A program made the position numbers and the translations under genes. DNA of 64,000 nucleotides from an uncultured virus (IMG/VR IMGVR_UViG_3300020045_012925). Lineage: Duplodnaviria; Heunggongvirae; Uroviricota; Caudoviricetes. The stretch's first letter is position 1. Every line of letters starts with the position of its first letter. Under the pieces are notes generated by a model, which searched no databases, was not told the origin of the DNA, and worked only from the letters and a program-made list of their open reading frames with translations. Positions 20,180 to 30,663 of this stretch are shown here, piece by piece. The stretch lies in the IMG/VR virus record IMGVR_UViG_3300020045_012925, one strand, 5' to 3'.

Positions 20180-20686
20180 TTAGGTTAATTCAGTTTCACC
20201 AGTAAATTCTTTCCAAAATTCTCTGGCCATATAATACTTATTACATTTAATGAAGAACGGGTTAATCATGTAAGTATGCTGTTCAGGATAGAATGAATAC
20301 TTTTTGAACTCTTTAGCTTTACAGACTAACTTGTTGTTTGTTAGGTCAATAATTCCACGCTGCTTAAACCTGGCTTGGGAAGAGTTTAAATCTTTCCACC
20401 AATCTATTGTTGCTAAATTAAGATCTTTATCTCTGGCATCTCTGATCTGTTGAAAAATCTGTTGGCCTGTCTTGGATAGGGCAATAATCCGATCAAATGG
20501 ATCAAGCTTGGAGTGTTTATAATATGAGTTTTTATACTTAATCGGGCCGGTTACTCCGAACGGGCGTTTGTCCTCAATTACGCCACGAGCAAAACTTACA
20601 TTAATCTTATTATTAAAGCCGGGCTTCAGGATCATTTCAGGATCAAGATGGTTAAAGATACTTAATAAATCGGTTTCGTCGGTCAA
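20180..20686 (-). CDS. RepL-like winged-helix replication/maintenance protein
   Basis: 'GIIDLTNNKLV...YMINPFF' resembles RepL-type wHTH C-termini; TTG start, AGGAG RBS, own promoter. Confidence 0.5.
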   Translation of the reverse strand: MTDETDLLSIFNHLDPEMILKPGFNNKINVSFARGVIEDKRPFGVTGPIKYKNSYYKHSKLDPFDRIIALSKTGQQIFQQIRDARDKDLNLATIDWWKDLNSSQARFKQRGIIDLTNNKLVCKAKEFKKYSFYPEQHTYMINPFFIKCNKYYMAREFWKEFTGETELT

Positions 20687-20723
20687 GTTAATCTCCTTTG
20701 GTTAGTGGTGTTCACATGGTTTT

Positions 20724-20752
20724 ATGGTATCAAAAACGACACGGTTTGTCAA
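20724..20752 (-). promoter_or_regulatory. Sigma70-type promoter
   Basis: TTGACA-17 bp-TACCAT on minus strand with extended TG. Confidence 0.75.
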
Positions 20753-20924
20753 GAAAAAAGATAAAAAACGACATGACCTGTCGCACCCAAAAACGCCAAA
20801 ACCCGCGCCAATAAAGGGTCTTAGCGTTTTTGACCTGTTTGAATCACCCATATTTATATATTAAGGGAACCCAATGCCGGCAATCCCTACATGTGAACAC
20901 CAATTAACCAACCATCAAATCACA

Positions 20925-21263
20925 TTAACCTTCCAAATTTGTGGGCATAACATAATTAACCCTCTTACAATATTCAGCCCGTTTAGCATTATTCCAATTC
21001 CCAATAGGTCTCAAATACCCAACTACGCGGGAATAAACTTCACAATTAGTTCCAAAGTTAATGGGATCTTCATTATTGCAGGTTAAACATTTGAATAAAT
21101 ATTCCCCATTATGTTTGTTCTTGGCAATTATTCCACCACTATATTCAATGGTATCCTCAGATTTGCGTTCTAACTTAATTTCAAAATCCTCCCCACAATC
21201 GTGGCAAGTAACCAGGCAAGTGCCATATTGATTATCGCCCAACTTATCAGATAATGTTTGCAT
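20925..21263 (-). CDS. Stand-alone NrdD (class III RNR) C-terminal glycyl-radical/Zn-ribbon protein
   Basis: CxxC...CxxC then EVYSRVVGYLRPIGNWNNAKRAEY. Confidence 0.75.
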   Translation of the reverse strand: MQTLSDKLGDNQYGTCLVTCHDCGEDFEIKLERKSEDTIEYSGGIIAKNKHNGEYLFKCLTCNNEDPINFGTNCEVYSRVVGYLRPIGNWNNAKRAEYCKRVNYVMPTNLEG

Positions 21264-21577
21264 AATTTTTGTTCCTTTTAATAATTATTGTATTATAAAA
21301 ATATCCGGTTCAACTTCATGTGTTACTTCTTCATACTCTTGACATTCTGCCATACCTTTTAGACAAGCTACTTTACTGTTCAATCTACCTCGTTTATAAC
21401 AAAACTGTACATTGACTGCATCAATTGGAAGGTCCAACAATTCTTTGTCTCTTCCAGTATGCGCCCATACTATTTGGTAAGGCAACTAATTTGATGCGTT
21501 TATCAATTTTAGTTTTGTCAAATATTAAGTGTTTACATCCTTGGAAGGTGATAATAATATTTGTTCCTCCAAAAAAG

Positions 21578-22246
21578 TTAGATAATTTGCCATTCTTTTA
21601 ATTTAAAATAACATCTACTGGTAGCGATTATATCATCCAATGCATCATGTGCAACTTCGGAATTGAATTCATTTGCAAATTCCCAAGGAGCATTAAATAA
21701 TTCTTCATGATAAGATGATATTTTTTCATATAATTCAATTAGTTTTGGCCATTTAGCTTTGCCATTTTTATTTTTAGCACCAACGAATTTTCCTATATTC
21801 TTATCTTTCATTGTACAAAAATATGGCAGATCAAGATAAAATGCCGACCGGGCTTCATCAGACATTTTATCAACATTCCTCTCCATCATCTGATATACAT
21901 ATTGCCAATCGAAATCATAGTTATGACAAATGATTATGTCCGCTTCCCTCATCAGGCGACCAAACTTATCTATGACTTCCCATTCATTTAGACCATTCTC
22001 TTCAGCGTATTCAAGTGAAATTTTATGTGTTTCAAATGCCTTTGGATGCTGAGTTCTTCCGTTAGGCTTTATTAATAGGTTTAATCTATCTATTTCGGTT
22101 TCTTCAGTAGTTAGTATTGCTCCTAATTGAATACACCAACCTTGGTTTTGATGATCACAAGGTAATGATTTAGTAATAAATCCGCTGGTCTCTGTGTCGA
22201 ATAAAAGTACTTTTGTTTGTTCATCAATTTGTTGTTTATCAATCAT
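21578..22246 (-). CDS. DEDDh (DnaQ-like) 3'-5' exonuclease
   Basis: FDTETSG, HNYDFD, AHDALDD. Confidence 0.85.
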   Translation of the reverse strand: MIDKQQIDEQTKVLLFDTETSGFITKSLPCDHQNQGWCIQLGAILTTEETEIDRLNLLIKPNGRTQHPKAFETHKISLEYAEENGLNEWEVIDKFGRLMREADIIICHNYDFDWQYVYQMMERNVDKMSDEARSAFYLDLPYFCTMKDKNIGKFVGAKNKNGKAKWPKLIELYEKISSYHEELFNAPWEFANEFNSEVAHDALDDIIATSRCYFKLKEWQII

Positions 22247-22272
22247 TTGTTTTAATATCCTTTTAATTTGTA

Positions 22273-22530
22273 TTAAAAACCTGCATCAAAATATAATTTT
22301 AAATCAGTTAAAGTAAATGAATCTCCTGGATTTAATTTTCCAGCATCAATACTTCCTATAAGAAGTTCTTTATTATAAAAAGAAATTTTTGTAGAATCTG
22401 AATAAGTTTTTACTTTTAAAGTATCACAAAAAAGTGTTACCTTAAGAGAGTCATTTTTATCTTCAAAAACATTTCCAATACCACTTAACATATGACTTAA
22501 AAAATCTTTACTGAATTTAATTTTGCTCAT
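22273..22530 (-). CDS. Hypothetical protein (direct-repeat-flanked cassette)
   Basis: Start MSKIKF at 22530 with AGGAG RBS. Confidence 0.5.
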   Translation of the reverse strand: MSKIKFSKDFLSHMLSGIGNVFEDKNDSLKVTLFCDTLKVKTYSDSTKISFYNKELLIGSIDAGKLNPGDSFTLTDLKLYFDAGF

Positions 22531-22786
22531 TTGTTTTAATCTCCTTTTTGTTATCCAATACTTCCTGGATTGTTCCACCTTGAATGTAAACAATATGTTC
22601 TTTGCGAAAATGAATTACTCCTCCATCAACTGTTTCGTAATAATGCCAATTTGGTGTTTCTAAATCTCTCCTATACCTGCCTCTAAAGGTAACTTTACCC
22701 TTTGTTGTCTTTACAATATAATTATACCATATAACTTTTTTTGGTTCTCTTGCAAGATTCATTTGTGTATCCTTAAATTTATTCAA
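22517..22786 (-). CDS. Hypothetical protein
   Basis: 89-aa ORF overlapping neighbours. Confidence 0.45.
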   Translation of the reverse strand: MNKFKDTQMNLAREPKKVIWYNYIVKTTKGKVTFRGRYRRDLETPNWHYYETVDGGVIHFRKEHIVYIQGGTIQEVLDNKKEIKTNEQN

Positions 22787-24056
22787 GTAAATTATCTTTT
22801 ACAACATTACGATTCATGAGGCTAAAAACCGTTTTGTCTAAACAACTTATGTCTGCCATATGTCTTTCTGGAAGAATAACATGAAAATGACTTCCGGAAG
22901 TTAAAGAAGTTTCTTCAGTTACTAAGCCCGACGCTACCGCCATATCTGCATAATCTCTAAGCTGCTTAATATTGTCAACATCTAAATGAAATGTTCGTAC
23001 CAACTCATTCCAATTAAAACCGATTCCGATTTTATTCTCTATGAATGACAGCATCTTAGCGTAGATGTTTGCATTATTTGACATGCCCAAACCGTGGAAC
23101 GCATAAGGCATTTCGCGTTCTGTAACTTCTAAAATCGCCAGAGCGATGTTAAAATGCTTATCAGTAATAACCATGTCATTTGACTCACTTGCAGAGATTA
23201 GCATACATAGTTTGTTTAAATGCAATGCCCTCCTGGAATTATATCCCATAAACCGATCATTTGGAACACCGTCTTCGTTTGTACTATTCTCATACCAGCG
23301 AATATAAACATTGAAGAAACTCTTATCCATTTTAAATGGTCCATTTAGTTGGGCTATTTCTTGTAGGTCTTTGTTAAGATTTTCATAAATTTCAATCTCT
23401 TCGTCAGTCAGATATTGCAAGGCTATTTTCTGTTTCGCTCCCTGACCGACTACAAAAATAATCCGAGATATCAAGCCGCCACCAACTGCATCTTGACTCA
23501 ATCTTGACTGCAACAACGATGGTGTAATGGCTCCTATAATCGTTAACCAACAATTAGATAAATCTTCTCCTTTTCTTGATAAAGTTTTATAAATCCATCT
23601 ATCAGCACAATCGAATAAGTCTGTAATAGACGGGATTAAAGTTTGATCTCTGTCAGATAAGAATACTTGAAATTCTTCTGCCCAGATTGATAAGCTCTTA
23701 TGCTTGCGTTCCATTCCTTTGGAGTCTATATAACTCGATTCGCTGTCCATGATTTCTTTATACAATGCTGGTGTTGAACCCAACGAATCTGAACCCATTG
23801 GAATTTCTAAGTTCTGTACCATTCTTTTGGCAATTTTCATCGCCGATCCTTTCCGACCTCCCGGAGGACCAACTAATGCAATAAACATATTAGGATATAC
23901 GTTGCCACGTAATTCCCCCCAATCACAATAACATTTCCTTTGCAAGGCAGATGATATCGCTCCCAAGGCTGACCATATATGATATAACTCTGGAGACTCA
24001 GTCCTTTGGGTTACTTTCATATAATTAGCCAGCCAGTCTGATAATTGCCTTGGCAT
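22779..24056 (-). CDS. DUF3987-like P-loop protein (putative replicative helicase)
   Basis: LVGPPGGRKGS Walker A, 'AEEF' Walker B-like, 'GGLISR' arginine finger; adjacent to DNA polymerase. Confidence 0.7.
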   Translation of the reverse strand: MPRQLSDWLANYMKVTQRTESPELYHIWSALGAISSALQRKCYCDWGELRGNVYPNMFIALVGPPGGRKGSAMKIAKRMVQNLEIPMGSDSLGSTPALYKEIMDSESSYIDSKGMERKHKSLSIWAEEFQVFLSDRDQTLIPSITDLFDCADRWIYKTLSRKGEDLSNCWLTIIGAITPSLLQSRLSQDAVGGGLISRIIFVVGQGAKQKIALQYLTDEEIEIYENLNKDLQEIAQLNGPFKMDKSFFNVYIRWYENSTNEDGVPNDRFMGYNSRRALHLNKLCMLISASESNDMVITDKHFNIALAILEVTEREMPYAFHGLGMSNNANIYAKMLSFIENKIGIGFNWNELVRTFHLDVDNIKQLRDYADMAVASGLVTEETSLTSGSHFHVILPERHMADISCLDKTVFSLMNRNVVKDNLLE

Positions 24057-24123
24057 GATTATTTACCTCTATAAAAATGCCACTTAAATATAATTTTGTA
24101 ACCATAAAATATTTCCACCATAA

Positions 24124-26658
24124 TTATACTCCTAATTTAATAAATGCATTGTCAACCGCTTCTTGGGTAAACTGAGATATCTCTGCCGTTTTCCCTGCCC
24201 ATGATTTGCCAATCTTGGCGTCTAAACCTATTGTGAATGATTTGCCTTTGTAGGTAAATGTATGAGTCATGTGGTCTTTGATTATTAAGAGTATGGAAAG
24301 TAAATTTGGTATTTGATTTTTGTGGAAAGAAAATACTGCCGAGTCATGAACAGTAGTATTGAACCGAATGTCATAATTGTTTTTATCTAATCTGGGATCA
24401 TTTGCACATTTGATAAGCCCACGGTTTAATAATTCTGCTACAGTTGACTGAGGCTTGTATGAATAAGCGTTTCTAAATAACGCCGGGTTCATTTCACCTA
24501 AGAACTTCCTTGGACGATTGAATAAGTTATACAATATTCTGGTTGCCATAACTTCTTCTTCTATACTTCTATGCCAGCGCTTTAATCCAGGAAATCTATC
24601 TGAGTAGTTTTGCAACAACTGTTTACATTCTGAAATAGACATGAATATGTCTTCTGTTGCTAAGTTATCAGAGAATGTTTGTGACCCCATATTATAGTTT
24701 GAGGCATGAACTACGCGCTTGCCCATATCCCTCATGGTGTGTCCAGAACCTTTTTTATTCTTAGCTTCATAAATAACATCTTCAATTGGGATATTAAATA
24801 TCTTGCTGGCATTAAAACTATGAACGTCTACACCGGATTCAAAGGCTTCAATCATGTTAACATCCTGACTTAAGAATGCTACAACATGAGCCTCTGCTTT
24901 AGCTAAATCCACTTCACATAAAAACCAGTCAGGATCAGGGATAATATGTTTCTTAATCTCATATGTCATTTGTTGTAAATTTGCACCTGTTCCAAAGAAG
25001 GTTTTCTCAGTAGATAGTCTTCCTGAAACTGTGCCAGTTATCTTATAAGATGATCTAATCTTATTGTCTGCGTCTGTAATTATGGTAAAATAAGTAGATA
25101 CTAATTTCTTATATTTACGCATTTTTAAAATTAATTTAGCTTCCCAGGAGCCTTTTATTTTCTTCTTGGCTATTCTATGTAATGCTATGGTATCACAAGA
25201 TACGTTACCTGTTTTTCTATTTACATAAGGCTTAATCATGCAGATACCATAAAAATATGCAATCATCTGTTTTGATGAGCCTACATTTATTTCGCGACCA
25301 GCTAATTTATTAAGTCCATGCTGGAGGGCGTTTATCCTATTTTCGAACTTCTTCTTAGTTTGAAGAATCCCTATTTGATCTGTTAACAACCCATTGAATT
25401 CCATTTCCATTAGAGGCTTATGTAAATTCATTGTATATTCCATTGCATCGTTACAACCAAATTCGTCTAACTCTTCTGCGAGGCGTTCATAAATTGGTAA
25501 TAAGTACGCGGAATCTTTAGCATTATAATACCAATATTGATTCCAATCTTTGATGATTTTTAAATGTGCTTGCTTACCTTCGTCTTTGTAATAAGGATAA
25601 TAGGTGTATATAGATGTTAAATAATCTAACCCTTTTGGAAGTTCCGTATAACATATATGCTGGGCTAACATTGTATCAAAATAAAAGTTATCCGTTTTAA
25701 TACTCATTGTTCGCAAGATGAACATCAAGTCGAACATGCCGTTCTGACAAATCTTTTTAATATCTGGAGAGTTTAAAATCTCCGCTAAACCTGTCCAGAT
25801 TTCAACTTCCTGTTCAAGACTCCAATAATTTCCACTATTGTCCATTAAAGGAATTGACATGGATCGAATAATGTTTAGGTCTTCATGCTTGTCATATATC
25901 GCTAATGAGAAGCAGGTAATAAATTCCGGCGTAGCTTCAATGTCAAATGCTACATATTCACTATGTTTAACTGCTGCATACATTGCCCGGATATCATGGA
26001 TTAACGGTTTGACTATTATTTTTGTATTGTTATTTAATAAGATTGGGTCTTCGAGTATTCTTAAGGCTTTGGTTATGTCTGCAATTATGGTGTAAAAATG
26101 AATCGGGTTTCCTGAATATAATGTAAACTCTGGATGATATGATAAGCCAATAATTTTTCCGGCCAACTTATCTTTTAGATGTACAAATTCTTCAGCTCTA
26201 AAAAATGATCCGCGATACTTAGCTATGGAATCAAACCTGGGCTCGTCAATCAGTAATCTCATAGGCGTATTACCTAAGAGTAATATAACTTTTCCGGGAA
26301 ACTCAGATAACTCATCAATTAAATCTTGTTGGAGTTTTCCCCAGTCTGGATGTCGCCAGCCTTTTATAGTCCACAGCTTGTCGGAATTTCCGCCTGGTGG
26401 TTTTGTCTTACAAGCTGTGGTCATATAAATTTGATACCTTGCCAATCGACATGCTGCACAGATTCTGTTAAATTGACTGCCAGATGGTCCGGTAAATAAT
26501 TCATGTTTAACAATTTCTACATCATTTGGAAAGTCTCCAACTACAGCAATATCAGCTGATTTAATATTATTCGATGGAGGGCAATCTGTTATTAATGGAT
26601 TAAAAGAACTTTCTTTTTCCGAGTATTTTGTTTGATTGCTGATTTTAGGTATGATCAT
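24124..26658 (-). CDS. polA: Family A DNA polymerase with N-terminal uracil-DNA-glycosylase-like domain and 3'-5' exonuclease
   Basis: UDG-like VVGDFP..FTGPSG..YHPEF; exo FDIE/NGMFD/YNAKD; TVSGRLS; motif A DLAKAE; motif B RxxxKxxxHxxxY; motif C TVHDS. Confidence 0.9.
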   Translation of the reverse strand: MIIPKISNQTKYSEKESSFNPLITDCPPSNNIKSADIAVVGDFPNDVEIVKHELFTGPSGSQFNRICAACRLARYQIYMTTACKTKPPGGNSDKLWTIKGWRHPDWGKLQQDLIDELSEFPGKVILLLGNTPMRLLIDEPRFDSIAKYRGSFFRAEEFVHLKDKLAGKIIGLSYHPEFTLYSGNPIHFYTIIADITKALRILEDPILLNNNTKIIVKPLIHDIRAMYAAVKHSEYVAFDIEATPEFITCFSLAIYDKHEDLNIIRSMSIPLMDNSGNYWSLEQEVEIWTGLAEILNSPDIKKICQNGMFDLMFILRTMSIKTDNFYFDTMLAQHICYTELPKGLDYLTSIYTYYPYYKDEGKQAHLKIIKDWNQYWYYNAKDSAYLLPIYERLAEELDEFGCNDAMEYTMNLHKPLMEMEFNGLLTDQIGILQTKKKFENRINALQHGLNKLAGREINVGSSKQMIAYFYGICMIKPYVNRKTGNVSCDTIALHRIAKKKIKGSWEAKLILKMRKYKKLVSTYFTIITDADNKIRSSYKITGTVSGRLSTEKTFFGTGANLQQMTYEIKKHIIPDPDWFLCEVDLAKAEAHVVAFLSQDVNMIEAFESGVDVHSFNASKIFNIPIEDVIYEAKNKKGSGHTMRDMGKRVVHASNYNMGSQTFSDNLATEDIFMSISECKQLLQNYSDRFPGLKRWHRSIEEEVMATRILYNLFNRPRKFLGEMNPALFRNAYSYKPQSTVAELLNRGLIKCANDPRLDKNNYDIRFNTTVHDSAVFSFHKNQIPNLLSILLIIKDHMTHTFTYKGKSFTIGLDAKIGKSWAGKTAEISQFTQEAVDNAFIKLGV

Positions 26659-26667
26659 GATTTAACC

Positions 26668-27957
26668 TTATTCTAAAAGTATAAAGTTATTAATAACTAC
26701 AGAAACATAGGATGAATTTTCTCTCATAAGAGTATTTTCTATGCTGGCAATATGTTTCATTGAAGATATTTTATGATCAATTAATACGGATTGATTTGCA
26801 TGGTAAAATTCTCCCGATGAATCTATAAAATTAAATGCAATAAAATATTCATATGTTGGAGTTATTTGATAATGTGTGGTCATTTTATATCCTTATTTAA
26901 AGGTTCAATAAAAGTATTTATTCTTCTTTGAAGTCCAGGAGAATCCAAGTTTTCTATTTTATTTAAGTATAAAGCAACTTCTTTCATCATATCATAAAGA
27001 TTTAAAAAATCTATACTTACTGTTTTATTATTCTCAGATTTAATTTCTAATCTTACAGAATTATTTTTTGGTAAAAATACAAAATATGCCTGTTTTATTT
27101 TCTTTAAACTATACAATTCACAGGTTTTAGATATTTTAATTTTTGCTACCTGTAATATCTTTTGGAATGGCATTTTATAATCTGTCCTTTTTTAATGCTC
27201 CTGGCTCTGGAGCTTTGATTTCCTGTTTACAATCTAAACATAAATAAGTTCTTACTCTCATAACTGTCGCGTTGATTGAAGTTATTGCAAAGTTATAATA
27301 TGGTTCGGAAGCGTAGCCATTTGGATAAGTTACCCTGGCGAAACCATACTCAAGTGGAACGAGATTCCTGTGTAGGCAACATAAAGATTTTGGAGGATCT
27401 TTTATGCTGGGTTTTAAAGTTAATGGTTTATATGTATTGGACATTGTTTAGTTCCTTATTATTTATTTATAACAGTATAACAACCAACACGATGACATGT
27501 CAGTTCCCCACTTAATTGATTTTTCCAGACTTGCCTGTTGTTTCCACATTTCGGACATACTGGATATTTGACAAATATAAAATCTGTTTTCTCTGTGCAG
27601 ATAGCCCCACAATCACAAAACCATTCGTTATGATCTTCCATAACAAGATCTCCACAAAAGTCACACTTCAGAATATCATGTCCCATTGATTTATCTCCAT
27701 TTTATTTATACATGCCATTTCTCAATTACTATTGGCTTTTGCCCTTCAGCAATAATTAGTTCGTACATCAGTAGGTCTGTGATATATGTCATGCAGGCTT
27801 GTACAGTTTTAAATTCTTTGTCCTGATCGTCCTTTCTGGAATGCTCACCAGAAATCCAATATTTTCCTGGACCTCCTCGAATACGGTATATTCTTTCGTT
27901 GTTTTGCCAGATATCCCAATGACCATAATTTCTGTAAACAACTCGAAAATCTTGCAT
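26668..27957 (-). CDS. Cluster of five small hypothetical genes (26668-26883, 26880-27173, 27175-27444, 27459-27686 Zn-ribbon, 27706-27957)
   Basis: Tightly packed co-oriented ORFs. Confidence 0.45.
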
Positions 27958-27962
27958 ATTTG

Positions 27963-29378
27963 TTATATCCCCTCAATTTGTGCTGTTATTCCAGTGTAGT
28001 TTTTCAATCTTGCATAAAATTCCGGAATATATTTGTTACTCTTATCACATCCAATAGGTAGCATTTTGGCCTTAGCTGCTGATATTAGGCAATTACCTGA
28101 TCCGGCAAACGGGGATAAGAATATCGTGCCTGGCTTGCACATGGCAGTAATTAGTTTATCATACAATTCTACTGGCTTTTCCCATTGGTGGATTCTTTGA
28201 GCTGCTGATACAGTAGGAATACTTATGGCAGCCAATAAGCTGGATGTATTAAACTGTGCTTCGCCTTTCCGGAATAACAGGAACATTTCCCAGTTAGATA
28301 TCATATTCTTTTTGGGAACATTTGTACTTCCTCCAGACTTAATCCAACAGCCTGGCTCTTGAGTTTTAAATCCTGTCTCTTCGGCGATCTGCCTGATTAA
28401 GGTGTAATACTCTTTGCCGGTCCAACAAAGTACCCAACTATCAGGCATTAGTTTATTATACAATACTGGAAGATAACTGTAATAGAATTCAAGTAATTCT
28501 TTGCTTTCCCAATCTGTAGCTTTACTTTGAATTTTTGAAGTCTTTCCATATGTGGCATTAAAGTCAATCGCGTATGGCGGATCAAGTTCAATCATACCCA
28601 CTGAATTGTCTGGAATCTTATTTAGGAATGTTTTATAATTTTCGCTGACATAAATTACTTGAATATTTAAATTTTCTTTTTCTCCAGATTCTGCGCGTTT
28701 CACGGATTCTATTTCAGCATTAATGTATTTTTGTTCAGAAATTAATTCTTTTGAAACTGTGTTTTTTACCGGGATATTTACGTTTCCATTTTGTAATTTG
28801 GTTAAATTATCTTGTTCAACTTCAGTTAAATTATTCATGCGCTGAATTGCATTAGCTTGCTGGCCCATTGATTTATACATTTCTCTTGCACGGGCTTTAG
28901 TAGATTGATCCTTTAATTCAGGGAATATTTTAATAGCTTCAGCAAGTGCCAGATCAGTTGATAATCCTCCAATACTGCAATGCAATCTTTTTGATGTTTC
29001 CCTATATCCCCATATTAGGTTATTATTTTCTGCTTTTTGTTTCCAATAGTTATGAATGTTATATTTTAGCATAAGCTCTTCCGACCAGGTGAACTCTTTT
29101 CTGGTGGCATTTTCCATTAGTTCAATCAACAGCTTATCATCTGGATCAATACCATCTGCAACACGGACATCTATTGTGGTCATTCCGATTTGTTGACATG
29201 CCCGAATTCTGCGCTCACCTGCAATTAGGCGATTATCAGATGTTATGATTATCGGATTTAGGAGGCCGGAATCTTGGATGGAATTAGCTAAAGTTGTGAT
29301 GTCTCCAGTATCGAGTCTGGCACGATCTTGGATAATAATTGAATCTATTGAACGTTGTTCGATTTGAAATAATTGCAT
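27963..29378 (-). CDS. ParB-like CTPase/HTH domain fused to a beta-class N6A/N4C DNA methyltransferase
   Basis: GLLNPII..LIAGERRIRA and ENATRKEF ParB boxes; HTH WGYRETSKRLHCSIGGLSTDL; DPPY followed by HQWEKP and SPFAGSG. Confidence 0.85.
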   Translation of the reverse strand: MQLFQIEQRSIDSIIIQDRARLDTGDITTLANSIQDSGLLNPIIITSDNRLIAGERRIRACQQIGMTTIDVRVADGIDPDDKLLIELMENATRKEFTWSEELMLKYNIHNYWKQKAENNNLIWGYRETSKRLHCSIGGLSTDLALAEAIKIFPELKDQSTKARAREMYKSMGQQANAIQRMNNLTEVEQDNLTKLQNGNVNIPVKNTVSKELISEQKYINAEIESVKRAESGEKENLNIQVIYVSENYKTFLNKIPDNSVGMIELDPPYAIDFNATYGKTSKIQSKATDWESKELLEFYYSYLPVLYNKLMPDSWVLCWTGKEYYTLIRQIAEETGFKTQEPGCWIKSGGSTNVPKKNMISNWEMFLLFRKGEAQFNTSSLLAAISIPTVSAAQRIHQWEKPVELYDKLITAMCKPGTIFLSPFAGSGNCLISAAKAKMLPIGCDKSNKYIPEFYARLKNYTGITAQIEGI

Positions 29379-29588
29379 AATTTTTATTCCTTTAAATCAG
29401 TAAGTTTAAATTCTTCAAAGTCATCATGAAATAAACAAGCTATTACTTCTGCATATCCTTCCCAATTATCTACACCAAAAGATATTAAAGCATGTAAAAA
29501 TCTTGAGTCTTCACGTAATTGGTTATAATATTCTAATGATATTGTTTTTGTATTTTCCATAAATATTATTCCTTAGTTATTTTAGTTG

Positions 29589-29882
29589 TTATATACCTAC
29601 GCATGTATTTGCATTTTGTTTAATCTTGTCTATTGCTTCAGATATAGACAGATCACCATATCTTCTAATATCAAAGTTACCACTTACAAGCCAAAACTTA
29701 TTATCTGTATCTTTATATCCTGTTTCTATATCTCTTATATTACCTTTTCCTCCTCTTGTTAATCTATCCAATATAGAGATAATCCCATAATCACTCTTAT
29801 GCGTCCACAAGATATCATCATCATTATTATACATAGTTTTTATAAATTCTAATGATCTTATTTTTATATTTGTATTTTCCAT
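29589..29882 (-). CDS. Hypothetical protein (direct-repeat-flanked cassette)
   Basis: 97-aa ORF. Confidence 0.5.
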   Translation of the reverse strand: MENTNIKIRSLEFIKTMYNNDDDILWTHKSDYGIISILDRLTRGGKGNIRDIETGYKDTDNKFWLVSGNFDIRRYGDLSISEAIDKIKQNANTCVGI

Positions 29883-29887
29883 AAGTT

Positions 29888-30205
29888 TTATTCCTTTGGA
29901 AACATTGAAATAATCAATGATATTTGTTCTTCAGTTAATTTGCCTAAAGCCTTATTTACGGCTCCTATAGGATCAGCGAGCATCTTATTTTTTTTGTTTG
30001 CCGAATTTCGTTTGGCTATATTCTTTAGGGCGCTCTTGGTTATTTTTGTTGAACCAGCTTTTGCAGCACTCAAGGATGACAAGCGTTTATTACGAGTTAG
30101 TTCCACCAAAGCTGTTTTGTCTTTCAAAGTTAGGTCTAAGAAAGATGTGCAATATATTCTGGACATTAGTGTCATGATAAATTCCTGTTCATAAAGTGAA
30201 CACAC
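29888..30205 (-). CDS. Hypothetical basic protein (start probably downstream, at MTLMS)
   Basis: ORF with C-terminal 'ALGKLTEEQISLII' motif. Confidence 0.45.
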   Translation of the reverse strand: MCSLYEQEFIMTLMSRIYCTSFLDLTLKDKTALVELTRNKRLSSLSAAKAGSTKITKSALKNIAKRNSANKKNKMLADPIGAVNKALGKLTEEQISLIISMFPKE

Positions 30206-30450
30206 ATCCGGGCTTCGCCCGGTCTTTTATTAATTAAATACCTTTCGTTTATCTTTTGTACTTATAATAAGTTCCATGTTTGAAGGCCACACGAAATTTC
30301 CACTCTTATCTAAATAAGTTTCATTTAAAATTTCATTAATATCCTCACATGATAGGTTTTTTAAAATTAAATCTTTTTGTTCCGTCTGGATTGGTTTGTA
30401 GAATTATATTTGATATCATAACTGGTTTCCTTTATGAATTATTAAGTTCC

Positions 30451-30663
30451 CTAATCTTGTTCCTTTATCGTATCCAAAAGTAATTTTGCAAGTTTAACTG
30501 CTCCATCATTTGGATTATGATAAATAATTGAGCCGTCATCTACAAGGTATTTGTGCTTAGATGAATTTAAAAGCTTGCCTTTGTTTACTGCACTTCTGGC
30601 ACATATTGTATTTCCATTTATCATTATAGCAACTGATATCATTTTATCTGTCATCTCCGTCAC
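30451..30663 (-). CDS. Hypothetical protein
   Basis: Small ORF overlapping mazG-like gene. Confidence 0.45.
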   Translation of the reverse strand: MTEMTDKMISVAIMINGNTICARSAVNKGKLLNSSKHKYLVDDGSIIYHNPNDGAVKLAKLLLDTIKEQD

